Made by a program: the position numbers and the translations under genes
Shown here: positions 10,883 to 23,236 of the stretch, piece after piece
Layout: each line of letters begins with the position of its first letter
Position numbering within the stretch: the first letter of the stretch is position 1
Source: Chlorokybus atmophyticus
Taxonomy: Eukaryota > Plantae > Mesostigma and Chlorokybus algae
NCBI GenBank assembly: GCA_009103225.1
Contig: RHPI01000638.1
Location: 558,001-622,000 of the forward strand
DNA: 64,000 nucleotides
Reading direction: 5' to 3'
The notes under the pieces: generated by a model
Seen by the model: the letters and a program-made list of their open reading frames with translations, nothing else
Database searches by the model: none
What the model was told of the DNA's origin: nothing

Positions 10883-13830
10883 TGGTCACGAGCTGGAAGC
10901 AATAGAAGTTGGTGAAGTAAGGCTTCAATGCAAGGTTGGTGATGGTGAGAGAGAGGTGGTGTTGCGTGAAGTGTCGCATGTACCCGGAGCTGCTGCAAGC
11001 TTGTTCTGGGTGAGAGTTGCTGAACACGTGGGAGCTGAGATAGTGATCCGTTAGGGACGCTGCTCCATACGCATGGATGAGGTCGAGTACATGGTCGGCA
11101 CCCAATGAGGAGGGCTCTGTATTGTGGAGCAGACTCATGGCAACCAGGCTATGATGGTGAAGGAAAGGGAGACAACTAAGCTTTGGCATCGGAGGTTCGG
11201 GCATTTGGGCTATAGCAACCTCACACGCCTGGTCGCTGAAGACATGGTAAAGGGCATCACTGTGAGCAAGGAAGATTTTCAAGCGTCTTCAACCACGCTC
11301 TGTAAACCCTGTGTGTTGGCCAAACAGCATCGCATGCCGTTCCCATCATCTACTTCAAGTAGCAAGCATCCTTGCGAGCTTGTGCACATGGACGTGTGCG
11401 GGCCTATGCGCATTGTGGCGAAAGGAGGGGTAAGGTACTTCGCGACTTTCCTCGACGACTACAGTAAGCTTTCCATCGTCTTCCCTTAAGTTCAAAAGTT
11501 AGAAGTCGCTGGAGCTGTGCACACAGTCATTTCATTGCTGGAGACCCAATCGGGCAAGAAGATGAAGGCAATGAGGAGTGATCGAGGAGGGGAGTACATA
11601 AACGCCCAGCTTAAAGAGTCCTTCGCCAACAAAGGCATACGGCATGAGACAACAGCACCATACACTCCGCAGCAGAATGGAGCAGTTGAACGTCTCAACC
11701 GAACGTTGTTGGAGCGTGTTCGAGCCATGCTCAATGATACCAAGTTGGAGGATAGTCTGTGGAAAGAAGCCGTTCTTACTGCCAATTACATCCGCAACCG
11801 TTCACCAGTCAGCTGTGAGCAAGAGACTCCGTGGGAGCTCTTTTACGGTGAAGCGCCAGCTGTGAGTGGCATGCGTGTGTTTGGATGTGTGGCATATGCA
11901 CTTGTGCCAAGTCAATTGCGACACAAGTTGGAGCCAATCAGCAAGAAGGGCATCTTCGTTGATTACGAACCAGGCTCAAAGGCGTACAAGGTCCTACTGG
12001 AGGACACGCGCAAAGTTGTGGTGAGCAGAAAAGTTGTGTTCCACGAAGGCTCATCACAAGTTGAAGCTGAAAAAGGTTTCTACCCTCGAGGTGAAGATGA
12101 CAAAGCACAACCTGAAGAGCTTTCAAGCAGAGAAGAGGTTGAAGGCGAGGCATCAGTCATCAATAAAGAGCAGAGCTCTGCTGTAGCAGGCGAGAAGCAG
12201 AAGCAGCAGAAGCAAGCTCGACGCTACCCCGTGAGGGAGAGACAAGCACCTGACTTCCACAAGGCACACGTCGCCAGTGTGCACGATGAAGAGAGTGAAG
12301 AATCAAGCACCTACGAGGAGGCATTGCAAGCACCAGATGCAGAGCAATGGCAGCGAGCTATGGATGATGAGATTGCATGCATCGCTTCATGCCAACAACA
12401 CTTGGGTGTTGCAGAAGGCCCCGCAAGGTGTGAAACCCATTCCAGTCAAGTGGGTGTTCAAGGTGAAGCGTGATGGTCAAGGCAACATTGAGCGCTACAA
12501 GGCAAGGGTAGTAGCAAAGGGATTTCTGCAACAAGAAGGTGTAGACTTCAACGAGGTGTTTGCACCCGCAAGTAAGCACGCAACCTTTCGCACTTTGCTT
12601 GCCGTGGTTGCTGCTGAAGACCTCGAGTGTCACCACCTTGATGTGAAGACTGCTTTCCTTTACGGTGAGCGAGAGGAAGAGATCTACATTAAGCAACCAC
12701 CAGGCTACGCAGAAGGGGAGCCAGGCATGGCTTGCAAGTTGACCAAGGCTTTGTATGGGCTGCGACAAGCACCACGCGTGTGGCACATTGGCCTCACGAA
12801 AGAGTTGGAGAAACTCGGCTACAAAGCATCCTCAACGGATCCGAGGCTCTTCATTCACGAAGAAAAGAAGGTTTACTTGCTCGTGTATGTGGACGACATC
12901 ATTGTCACGGCCAAGCGAGTTGAAGACCTGAAGGAGACAAAAAACGGACTACAGCAAGCATTCGCAGTGCGCGACCTTGGAGAGGTCAAGTTACTCCTTG
13001 GCATGGTGATAGAGCGTGACAGAGCAGCACGCACAATCAAGATCAGCTAAGAGCAGATGGTTGAAACGACTTGTCACAAAGTTCGGACTCAATGAAGCAA
13101 AGACCAAGTCTACTCCATTAGCACTCGGCATCAACCTCGTAAAAGCAAAGGATGAGGAGATACTTGACAAGGCTCAGTACCCCGATGGTGAGCTTGTTGG
13201 GAGTATGCTCTACCTAGCAGTGTGCACAAGACCCGACATCGCACATGCAATTGGAGTGCTTGCGCGCTACATGTCAGCACCAAGCATGGAGCATTGGCGT
13301 GCCGCGAAGGGAATGTTGCGCTACATGGCTGGAAGCGCAGGTGTTGGCATCAAGTTTGATTGCGGGAGCACAGAGATGGAGGGCTACTGCGACGCAGACT
13401 TTGCAGGCGACCTCGACAGCAGGAGGTCCACTACGGCTTACGTCTTTAAGTTGAATGGAGGTGTGGTGAGCTGGAACAGTAGGCTGCAACCTACAACAGC
13501 AGCATCTACTTTGAAAGCGGAGTACATGACAGCATCGGCTGCAGTAAAGGAGGCGTTATGGTTTGGCAAGCTGATGGCGGATCTGGAGCACCCGATGGCG
13601 TGCATCACGATCAATTGCGACAACCAAGGCGCCATTAAGTTGCTGAAGCACCCTATCGCCTCGACAAGGACGAAGCACATTAATGTCATGCATCACTTTG
13701 TGCGTGACAGGGGTCACAAGGAAGGAGGTTGAGTTTCAGTATTGCAATATAGAAGACATGCTCGCGGACTTCATGACGAAGTCACTGTTACCAATGAAGT
13801 TCAAGGCATGTTGCACGGGACTCGGCATAG
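10883..13830 (+). pseudogene. Copia D pol (PR C-terminus, GAG-pre-integrase, integrase, RT, RNase H) broken by frameshifts and stops
   Basis: ORFs 11124-11489, 11517-12473, 12277-13050 and 13016-13732 carry canonical copia IN, RT and RH motifs in copia order. Confidence 0.93.
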
Positions 13831-14282
13831 GTGCTTAGGTGAAAGAAGTCCAAGCATTGGAGGCCAAGCTGCCCGCGCGGGAGTGTTGAAGATATTCCTA
13901 CATCCGGTCAGCCTGCCCTGCATACAAGAGAGAAGAGAAGGGACCTCGATGAGAGGACCTCGAAGACTCCGGACATGAAGATCCTGGCGCGGATTGCAGA
14001 GAAGGGTCCTAGGAGAATCATTATATCTTCTAGGATACTCAGTCTTATAAGACGTGGCATAGCTTACAAAGCTGATGAAGTTAGCTACGTGGCACATCTT
14101 ACAGCGTAGGACATAGTTCAGTATATCGGACGCTGTTGCGTGTAGACCAGCAGTGTGTACAAACTGTGTACTGACTGGCGGGTATATAACCCCGCGGTCT
14201 GTTGGTAATCAAGTGGGAAGTGTGTTGCCTTCTCCTGTGTGTCATTGCGTGCCCTCTTCACTTGCATGCTTGCTTCTCAACA

Positions 14283-16623
14283 TGATAGCCGCATGGTAGG
14301 TGCTTGGCTCTTTCTCCTTAATAATATCAGCGCTCATAGCTTGAAACCTTTGGGTGAAGTGTGGTGGCGCTCTTGTTCGCAGAGGGTAGCGCCTCTCTTG
14401 CTCCTCAACAGGTGCAATCACTTCCTCCTCGAGGTGTGGCGCATCGCCAGGGACCTCCGTATTAACAAGTGGTGCGACAACGACCTCCGACTCATCGGTA
14501 ATGTTAATGTCCATAATTGGTGAAGGTGTTGTCAATGTTGTTGCCACCATCTTAACATTGAAAACAACATCCCTGCGAACCATAATCTTGCCGTCCTCAT
14601 GTAAGATCATGTACGCCTTGCAGTTGCGCTCATATCCTATAAAGACGCCTGTCTCCCTCACATTCTCCAGCTTCCTCCTCAAGTGCTTAGGGATGTGCGG
14701 ATATGTCTTGGCTCCAAACACACGCATGTGCATATCATCGGGCTTCTCACCATGAAACAACTCCCACGGGGTCTTGGCTTGGTTGCTCGTAGGTGACCTG
14801 TTACGGACGTAGTTGGCCGTGACAAATGCCTCAGCCCATAAAGCTTTCTTCAGCTTTGCACCTGTAAGCATGGCACGCACACGCTCCACAAGTGTGCGGT
14901 TGAGACGCTCGGCAGCACCGTTTTGCTCAGGGGTGTAAGGTGCAGTGGTCTCATGCTTGACACCGTGCTCTTCCAGGTAGCTCTTCAATGTGTGGTTGAG
15001 GTATTCAGCGCCCCGATCACTTCTCAACGCCAACACCTTTGTCTTTGCTTGTGTAGCCAGTAGAGTGAGAGTCCTCTTAACTACAGCAGCAACAGGTACC
15101 ATGGCAGACAGCTTGCTGAAGTCATCTAAGAATCTGGCAACGTACCAACTCCTCCTATGGATGCAACTGGCATGGGTCCGCACACGTCCATGTGTACGAG
15201 CTGCAAGGGTGCTGTACTGGTGCGAGAAGAAGTGGGAAAGGATTGCCTAGGCATCTTGCTCAACACACACGTCTCGCACAGATCACCTTTTGCTGCTTTT
15301 ATGTCCTCCACTTGTATGTTGATCCCATTCACCATGTGTTTAGCCACCAATCTTGCCATATTGTCCCACCCCAGATGTTCAAATCGCCGATGCCATGGGT
15401 GTGCTGTTGCTGATGCAGTGACTGCCGCAGACATCGCATGCTGCCGGTCCAGTTTGATGCAATACAGACTCCCTAGCAGTGTGCCCTCCACAACCATGAT
15501 GTTGTTCATTTTGACTTGACACTTCGCAGCAGTGAAGTAAACTTTGGCGCCCGCGCTTGTAGCTCTTCGATCAGAGAACAGGCTGGAGGCTAGTCCCGGC
15601 ACGCGGATTACCTCCTTCAAGGCCACTTCTCGTATAGCGCCCGCCACCTTTGTGTGTAGAATGACGGTGCCCACTCCCACAGCTTGCAAGTGCAGCTTGT
15701 TGCTAAAGCTCACTTTCACAGCAGCAGCATCGCTCAGAGCATGATATTCCTGGAACTCATATCTGTGTGGGGTCATATGCTGGGTGCACGCAGATGCGAA
15801 CAACCAAGCGCTCTCGATAGTAGTAGTGCTAGCAGCAAGTGCTACAGCATGCATATCAAAACCTTGAATCTGTTACTGATTGCGCTTGAACTTTCGGCAG
15901 TCCTTCTTTAGGTGTCCCTTCTTGGCGCAGTAGTGGCAGTTACGCGTCTCCTTGTTCCCACCACCATTGTTGTTGTTGAAAAGTGGATTGGATTGTGCCG
16001 CGAGTGCTATAGCTTCAGCCTCATCCTGGCGTAAAATGGATGCGCGTTGCTCGACTTGAAGTAGGCGTGGGGTGATGGTCTCGAGGGTGAGCTCCTTACT
16101 GGCTGACTCCATAATGGTGACAGTCATCTGGAACTCCTTAGGTAAGCTAGCAAGGATGACCCAAACCACCTCTACCTCCTTCACTTCATGTCTAATGGCA
16201 AGCAAGTCGTCCCACAGCTGCCTGGCTCGTGAGATGAACTTCATGACAGGTTCAGCAGCATCCTTTCTCAAAGCATTCAACTGCTTCCTCAACTGCAACT
16301 TCCTAGCATTGTTCTTAGCCTTGTAATCCTCCAGAAAAACTTCTGCCACAATTCTCTAGCAGACTTGCAACGTGCAACAAGCGCTAAGTGATGTTGTACC
16401 ACACATTCAATTCTATCAACGCAAGTGCCTGATTGGACTTTTTCTGTGTGGGTGCGTCCTCTAAGTCAAGAGGGCGCTCCGTGGGATCCACCACCGACCA
16501 TGAAATTTTATGCATGAGTAGCATATGCATCCGGATGCTCCATGTCGCATAGTTGTCGAGGTCCAGTGGCTCGACGTTCACCTTGTCATAGCTGGTCGCC
16601 ATGCTTCCTTTGCTAGCTTTCAA
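14283..16623 (-). pseudogene. Copia E gag-PR-integrase (frameshifted, truncated by element D)
   Basis: CHYCAKKGHLKKDC, WLFASACTQHMT (decayed DSG), PWHRRFEHLG, VHMDVCGP, RSDRGAEY, QNGAAERLNRTL. Confidence 0.92.
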
Positions 16624-17879
16624 GGAAGACGGCGCCTCCCAAAGCTACACCAACTTGTACTTGCTATGCTTGCGCTAGTGTGGGCCCATAACCTATTGAA
16701 ATTGCACAGTAGCAACAATGACAAACACAAGTGTGGCGCTGACAGTAGAGCAGAGTGGATCTCACTGTATTGCACAACATACAGTGTCTTATATAGTACA
16801 CTAGTGGGTGCTAGTCAACACTAGTCAACACTAGTCAACTCTAGTCAAAGTCAACACTAGTCAACACTAGTCAAAATGAAAGTCAATGGTCAACGTCAAA
16901 GTCAAAGTCAATGTTGACCAAGGTTGACTGTAACTCCCGTAACTCCCGTAACGGCCATTGACCATAACTCCCGTAACTCTTGAAGATAAGTTGATCGTAG
17001 AAGTTTAGCTAAGGCGCCACTTACATAGGTACCTTTTTCAAACTCCTCTCTATCCATGTTCCATTGTCACACTTGAACACCATGCTGTGGAGTAGGCAGC
17101 TCCCACGCGCTCGCGGCACACCTTGCAAGTACTTCACGCACTGCAACACTCCAAGCTAGCGTACACCAACTTCCACATATAAAGGACGCCTCCTCCATTA
17201 ACTACCTCTCACACTTGGCACCAAGCTAAACTTACCCAGCTTCCACCATTACCAAGAGATTGCCACCATCTTTTTGTTTTTCTCTCCAACCTTTACCATA
17301 GCCTTACAATGCAACTCTCTCACCCTTTTTGCTATCGATGCTCCCGAAGGTGGATGTCTTTCCTTGAGAACATTGGTGCTTGAAGTGACCACACTCGCCA
17401 CAGCGCGAGCACTCCTTGCCATTATCGTGAGTGCCTTTCTTCACCATGCAAGCTATAGCTGCTCCTGATCATTCTTCCCACCCTTCATTTTGCAAGCGCT
17501 GCTCTTCATAAAGAAGCCATGGTATCATGCCATTAAGTGTCGATTCCTCCGTGGCAAAGTCCATAACAGTCACCATTCCGTACTCCATCGCCAACTTTGA
17601 AAGCACAACCCACACCACTTCTTGCTCTTATAGCTCGTGCCCAACACCCAACAAGTCCTTCCACATCGGTTTTGCTCGCGCCACAAACATGGTACTAGGC
17701 TCTCCACTCTCCTTGCGCAATGCAATCAGCTCTTGCCTCAATTACAGCCTCCTCGCCATGTTTTGAGCTGTTAAGTGGAACTCACACACGAGTTGTATGC
17801 GACACACCGCTCATGCTGGGGGGTTGCTATGGGGTGATGAATAGATAAGAACAGCATGAGCGCGTACCACTTAAGCCGA

Positions 17880-18881
17880 GGCATCTCGTGAGTGTGTGCA
17901 ACTTAAGCAACGCCGCACGCATATAGCCCTCAGCTGCAGTGGAAGACTTTCAACGCCGAAACGTCATGCCACACGTGCTGGGGCACAGCAGCCTGCACCG
18001 CCTGGGTTGCAGCGCCCGAATAGGCAAAGTGTGTGCCAAGACGTGTTGGGTCCTCCCCCGCCGCCTCGATAGCGACCTTCTCCCAACCCAAAATGGTGCT
18101 ATATAGTACAACGGTGTCGCGTATATTGTACGTTCCCCCCACTCGCGTGATAGAGCACAGTCACTTGCTTGGCCTGGCTTGCTTATAGCCCGAACCAAAC
18201 AACAACTTTTTGGTGTGCATCACAGGGCACAAATTACCCCCAACAGCAGCTATGTGCACTGTCGCGCCCACACTATATTGATCGGTCTGCACGAAATGAC
18301 GAGATTCATGCAATCCGATCAAAAGATGATGTCCTGCGTGTTGACTTCTGCCAAGTTTAAGTAATGCATCATACTTGCAAACCGCAGCAGCACACCACCG
18401 TTTTTAATCTAGCCACAAAGTCCCACCCAGTACGAGCAAAGCGCGAGACCGTGGCTCGCAAGAGCTCAGGCGTGTAGGCATCTTTCTTCCGCGTGCTCAA
18501 TGGTAGCAACCTGGCAGCGGCCTCACGCACCACCGCAACGAGTGCATGCGCAGTGGGAGAAGCCTGGCCTGCCATGGTATGCGCAGTGTGTATGGCCAAA
18601 TTGGCATGTTTCAAAAGTGCCGAAGTGGTGGACTCCATCAACACCTTTGTGACGAACCTGGCCACTGTGCTGGGATCTGCCGGTAAAGCAGCCCAACCAT
18701 GAGGCGTGCAGGAACTCCACAAAGGGATGCCAGTAGCCCAATGGCCTCGCAGGGTGCTAGTAGCACGTGACGCCGTTGCCACTGCCGGGTGTAAGGTGCG
18801 CACGCGCCCAATCGCGTCTTCTCCGGGGACATTGGGCATAAGCAACTGTAGGCTATGCTCAACAGCAGCTGCACACAGCAT
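17880..18881 (-). pseudogene. DIRS tyrosine recombinase
   Basis: SAM-like N-terminal region, then GTHFAYSGAATQA (H-x-x-R box decayed) and ..KSSTAAEGY catalytic Tyr region. Confidence 0.8.
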
Positions 18882-18989
18882 GTGTCAATGGCTAAGAAGC
18901 AAGTCAATTCGCAATGCCCACCTATGACAATTGGGCGCGCCCTCTTGAGGTTTCTAAACTTGAGGGCTAGGCCACAAGTAGGCTGGTCC

Positions 18990-19330
18990 ACTTGGTAGGC
19001 TCATAACATCTGTGACAAATGGTGCCCACACCCCGTCGGGGCAGAGCACGGGCCGCCAAGTTTGTTGTCCACTCGACACAATGAGGCACATGCGAGCCTT
19101 GCATTCGCGGGTAGAACGTAGCACAATGCCCACACGGTGTGGTGGGGGATGGCACCAGTTGTTGCAACCACTCTAGTGAGAGTGAAAGGCATTGCCCAAT
19201 AAGCCGGCACATGATAACACCGAGTTGAAGGCCACACACACAGTATCGGCATCCATGGCGAAGCGGTCCACATCAAAGGGGCCCCTTGCGGGCGAGCAAG
19301 CGCACCCAGGTTTCTTCAAAGTCCAACCAT
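18990..19330 (-). pseudogene. DIRS methyltransferase-like (Dam-type) domain remnant
   Basis: GPFDVDRFA..FNS..GNAF followed by NWCHP (NPP-like), typical of the DIRS MT domain. Confidence 0.6.
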
Positions 19331-20760
19331 TCCAATCCGGTGCCTTGGAGAGCGCGTTTGCCTTTGCATTAAGCTCCGCGTGGCAACCACTCCATGTGCA
19401 AACGGATGCAATTGCGGTGGCAATGTAAAATGATGCGACATGCCACTTGCTGTAAGTGTGCGGCCTCACTGCCCCCTTTGCACATAATGTAGTACACATT
19501 GCGGGGATCGCCATACCACAGCACCGTGCGTTCATGTAGCCTCCTCCTCCACAGTGAGTTGGGTACGCTCAAGTCCAAGTAGTACGCGAGATGTTTATGA
19601 AGTCAAGCACTCATCCGGTGTAGATGTGCCTTTCACCCCAGGGGCAGCTGTGCCATGGCGCACTAGTCCCCAGCCCGTGCCGCTAGCATACACAAACCGC
19701 ACTATGTTCGGCTACATTGTCGGCCACATAGGTGCCATGTTCATGCTCCTTAAAGTGGTCTCGCAACCACGTCAACTTATCAATCTCCGCCTTGCGCAGC
19801 ACCATGTGTGAACTTCAGAACCCGCGTCTCAATCAAGCGGCATGTATGCCAAGTCATGAATTTGACTGCGGGCCCCAACACCAAGGACATAGATTGTGGC
19901 TTGCCACAAATGCGGGCCAGCAACTTTATTGGCACATGGCGCCTATCACCAAATGCACGCTGCAAGTCTCTGAGCAAAGCATCGCGCTTCTTGCTGAGAA
20001 TATAATCAGTGCCAGCGTGTGTATCCCACACAAAGCCCAGGAATACAATCACTCGACTGAGCACCACACCGCACCATGCTGCATCCGCTTTCACAACGGC
20101 CAGGGTGGAGGCATGCTCAGCCTTGGAGCGAGCAGCAAACAAGAAATTCTCCATGTATGGCAGGACGCGGTTGCCTTGTACACACCTACGGCACACCAAT
20201 TGCTTCATGACCTTGGTAAATATGAAGTAAGCTCTGCTCAACCCAAATGGCAACGAGCAACAGTTGTACACCGTGCCCGCCGCGAATGAGAACCCCGAGT
20301 AGCCCTTGAAGGTGGGGAGGGGGTGTCTACATGATGGTATCCGGACTTGAAGTCCGTGGAGAGCAACCAGTCCTCGGGCTGCAGCAAGTCCTGGGATGCT
20401 GCGCACATCCTCATATTTAAACGGCGTGTTGACCAAGTAAGAGTTGACATAGCGCAAGTCTATGATGAGGCGCAGCTTGCGACCATCATCAACCGCGTTA
20501 CGTGGGCTCACCACGAGGGGGGTCGCACACTCTTGTGCGGCCCCACTATGCGCTAGGTTGGCAATGACAGCCGTAGTGAAGTCCGCAAACTCATGCACAC
20601 ACTTGTGGTTAATGAATGCCCATATGGGGGGGGGGGGGGGGGCTATCGCCCATGGTAGCTTGTACCCGTACTCCACCCATGAGAGCACCATGGTAGACTC
20701 ACAAAAGTTGTTGTTGCCATGCTGGCAGGGCCCCCCATAAGTGGTGCCTCATGTATGGGC
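19330..20760 (-). pseudogene. DIRS reverse transcriptase-RNase H
   Basis: VLSWVEYGYKLPW, KLRLIIDLRYVN, DFKSGYHH, LPFGLS, LPYMENFLF (decayed YxDD), VLWYGDPRNV (RH). Confidence 0.88.
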
Positions 20761-21509
20761 CTTCCACCACCAAATTGCTAGGTGCTCGTGCAAACTCATG
20801 GTGTGTCATCCAGTCCGCCACAAAATTTGACTCAATTGAAATGTAGTCAAGTGCCACATTGCACGCAGCCGCCGTTTCTGCACCCCGTATGTGCAACAAG
20901 TAAGTGCATGCACTCTAATCTTGGCACGGTCATAACTTTTGCAAATGATGTCCAATGGAGACGTTCAAAGTGTTAAAAGGAAGCGTTTCTCAGCGCTCAT
21001 GCCAAAGAGCGTACGTCAAGTAACTTTCGTCTGGCTGGGGCCTCAAACGAAAGTTATGAGCCAAACAAGTTGCAATCATAGCAAATCGTTTGCAAAGTTC
21101 ATGTTCTTTGGCTCTACTCGAGCGTCACTGTGTTATGATTATAATTAAGAGTTTCATTCCATATAAGGGTCAATTAAGACCTCAAGAAGTTACAAACAAT
21201 CATTGCGCACAAGTGTACAGCTATTAGGCTATCATGACATAGCTATGGGGCTGTTATGTAAGCTAATGGGCCCCACGCCTTGCAGGCTCACGGCAATAGG
21301 CACGCAAATGCGCGGGCTTCCTTCAGAGCTAGCACGTGTGGACATCCCGCTGGCCCCCAGTAAAAGCCGCCTGAAATTGCATAGGAGCGGTCTTATAACT
21401 GGTTTGCCCCGCGTCAGCTGCATAAGACCCAGTGTAGCGAGGGGGGGGGGGGGGGGGGGNNNNNNNNNNNNNNNNNNNNNNNGGGGGGGGGGGGGGGGGG
21501 GGGGGGGGG

Positions 21510-22780
21510 GTACTAGCCTCGCCCGTTGTTGGGATGGTAGGCAGGCTTTACCTTGGGCTTGGGTTGCGCCGCAGCCATAGCCTTCAACGCTTTCTTCAGG
21601 CGCTTTGCCTTATCATCATTCATTGTGAGGGGGTTGCACACCAGCTCGTTCACGACCTTTCAATTATGCTTATTGACCACTTCTACATAGTGGGATTGCT
21701 TGCACACCTCATCCAATGCTGCGCACAGAGTACACACAAGCAACATGCGTTGCATGTTCATATGGACTCAAAGCCACCAGGTCTAGCGCCAAGCGCACTC
21801 TAAATCCAATCCTGTAACCGTCATGTGCATATGCAGATATTGTGCCCTGGTGTGCTCGTTCCCTTACTGCAGGGTAGTCATTATGTGAATACAGGGTGAA
21901 CATACAATGGTGTTAAGCGGGCCCCTCCACCCCCGGCGGGCATGGGGGGAGGAGGGATGTGGACCACATGTAAGTAATGGAATGACTGTGCATCTATATA
22001 AATGTCGGGCTGGCGCCTTCACAAGGCCCATGATGCACGCATGTGCAAGTGTGCGTGGGCCAAGTCCGCACCCACATGATGATATGCGTCTCTGCGCGTG
22101 CATGTGGCGATGCTCAACAACAAATGAGCCCACCTTTCATGTTGTTTGTGTGTACTACGGCCTTCATGGAAGTGGGGGTCCTCAATGAGGGGAGCGGGCA
22201 CACGATCGAAGGAGGATGCCGTCGAGCCGAGTTGAGCCGCAACCTTGAGGTGTTGTTGAGCCCGCTGTTTCAAGGTCTCCTTCCAAGGGGTAACGAGCTT
22301 ACTAAACTTGGTGGCCATGGCTCCCACTCGGGCATTGGGGTTGGTAGAGTCGCCGTTGTCACGACAAAGGATGCTCACAAGTAGGGGGTAGTTGGGCTCG
22401 TTAATGGGCTCGTCACGAGGGATTGCGGGCGCCTTCCCATGCTTAAGGTGCATGTTCTTCGCCTCCAATATCTCCAATATTTCCTCGTCATTGCTTGTAA
22501 GGACTTTAAGGATGGAGCGGAGGAGCGGCTTTGCGGGCTTGGAGCCCGCTTCGCGCGCTTGCGGTGGTAGTCCACATCCTCCTCCTCATCGTCTTCCGTC
22601 GCAACACCATCCTCCTCCTCTCGTCCGGGGGGGCGCACCTCTCCTTCCTTCCCTCCTCTTCCTCACGCTCGAATTGCTCTTAGCCCGCGCCAAGCAATTG
22701 GCGGCAACCAAGGCCGCCGTTGCGAACGCCGCTATGTCCTCTCCATCTTCACGGCTTCGCGACCTTATGGTGGAAGGCAT
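21510..22780 (-). pseudogene. DIRS gag-like ORF remnant
   Basis: EVVNKHN*KVVNELVCNPLTMNDDKAKRLKKA resembles the DIRS gag NPLAxDxEDxKR motif; a second copy lies at 30030-32360. Confidence 0.55.
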
Positions 22781-23162
22781 AGTGGAGTGCGTGCTCCCCT
22801 CAACCAGTAAACTACACTCGCCACCCATGCAGCGTGCTAAGGATGGCGCCCCCGTGCTAGGGTTATGGCGACTAGATAAGGAGCTTACAACTCACAACTC
22901 ACTGTAGTGAGCGCTTGTGCCCACAAGTGCCTAGGGCATTAGGGGCACATGAGTCTCATACCTCATTAACGAGTTCTTGAATAATGGGTGCGCATGTCAT
23001 GCGCGTCATAAATGTACATCTCTCAAGCTTTGCCCAAAACTTTTTTGCACCTTTGCACTCTCTCACCATGAGTAAGTGATGCTCAACAACGTGCCATCTT
23101 AGCAATGCTAAAGCCTTCTTCCCTTTTTTGTGCCCACGTCGCCTCCTTCCCTGAAGGCACTT

Positions 23163-23236
23163 TGTTATGATCCAGACTAGCTTACTTGGTTAGCCTCGCG
23201 CGAGGCTAGCCAAGTGGGCTAGTCAGGATTTTAACA
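23163..23236. mobile_element. Solo 74-bp palindromic unit with 5-bp TSD
   Basis: Decayed copy of the terminal palindromes at 31478 and 31820, centred on CTCGCGCGAG; flanked by CACTT at 23158-23162 and 23237-23241; interrupts the family B gag. Confidence 0.9.

Larger units (their letters stand above)
9555..14282 (+). mobile_element. Near-complete copia family D element with a fold-back truncated 5' LTR
   Basis: 5' LTR reduced to 9555-9643, PBS 9644-9656, gag-pol 9944 to ~13830, PPT ~13874-13883, 3' LTR 13884-14282 (TGTTGAAG...TCTCAACA). Confidence 0.95.
4457..17040 (-). mobile_element. Copia element E inserted in family B; its RT/RH part is replaced by family D sequences
   Basis: 5' LTR 17040-16694, PBS 16693-16681, partial 3' LTR 4629-4457 homologous to 16694-16870. 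Flanks TACTC (4452-4456) and AACTC (17041-17045); the flanks rejoin to match family B sequence seen at ~30720. Confidence 0.75.
17772..23012 (-). mobile_element. DIRS-type tyrosine-recombinase retrotransposon (~5.2 kb, degenerate) inserted in the family B gag
   Basis: Order gag-like, RT, RNase H, MT, YR on the minus strand. Family B gag reading (WAKLE / TAQNMARRL) resumes on both sides. No classical TSD. Confidence 0.85.

Noticed and set aside
9547-14287. TSD or autointegration signature for the plus-strand D element (TATCA vs TGATA)
   Set aside because: The match is inverted and offset by 3 nt; probably chance.
16810-16980. CRISPR-like short repeats (CACTAGTCAA, TAACTCCCG)
   Set aside because: Tandem motifs without unique spacers, inside LTRs of a eukaryotic retrotransposon.
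19732-20289. Antisense ORFs over TE genes (this one and many 60-180 aa ORFs in the track)
   Set aside because: Shadows of the RT, gag and pol frames with no recognisable motifs.
21441-21510. G-quadruplex element around the N gap (also 20626-20642 and 60395-60401)
   Set aside because: Homopolymer lengths at gap edges are unreliable; assembly breaks coincide with G/C runs.
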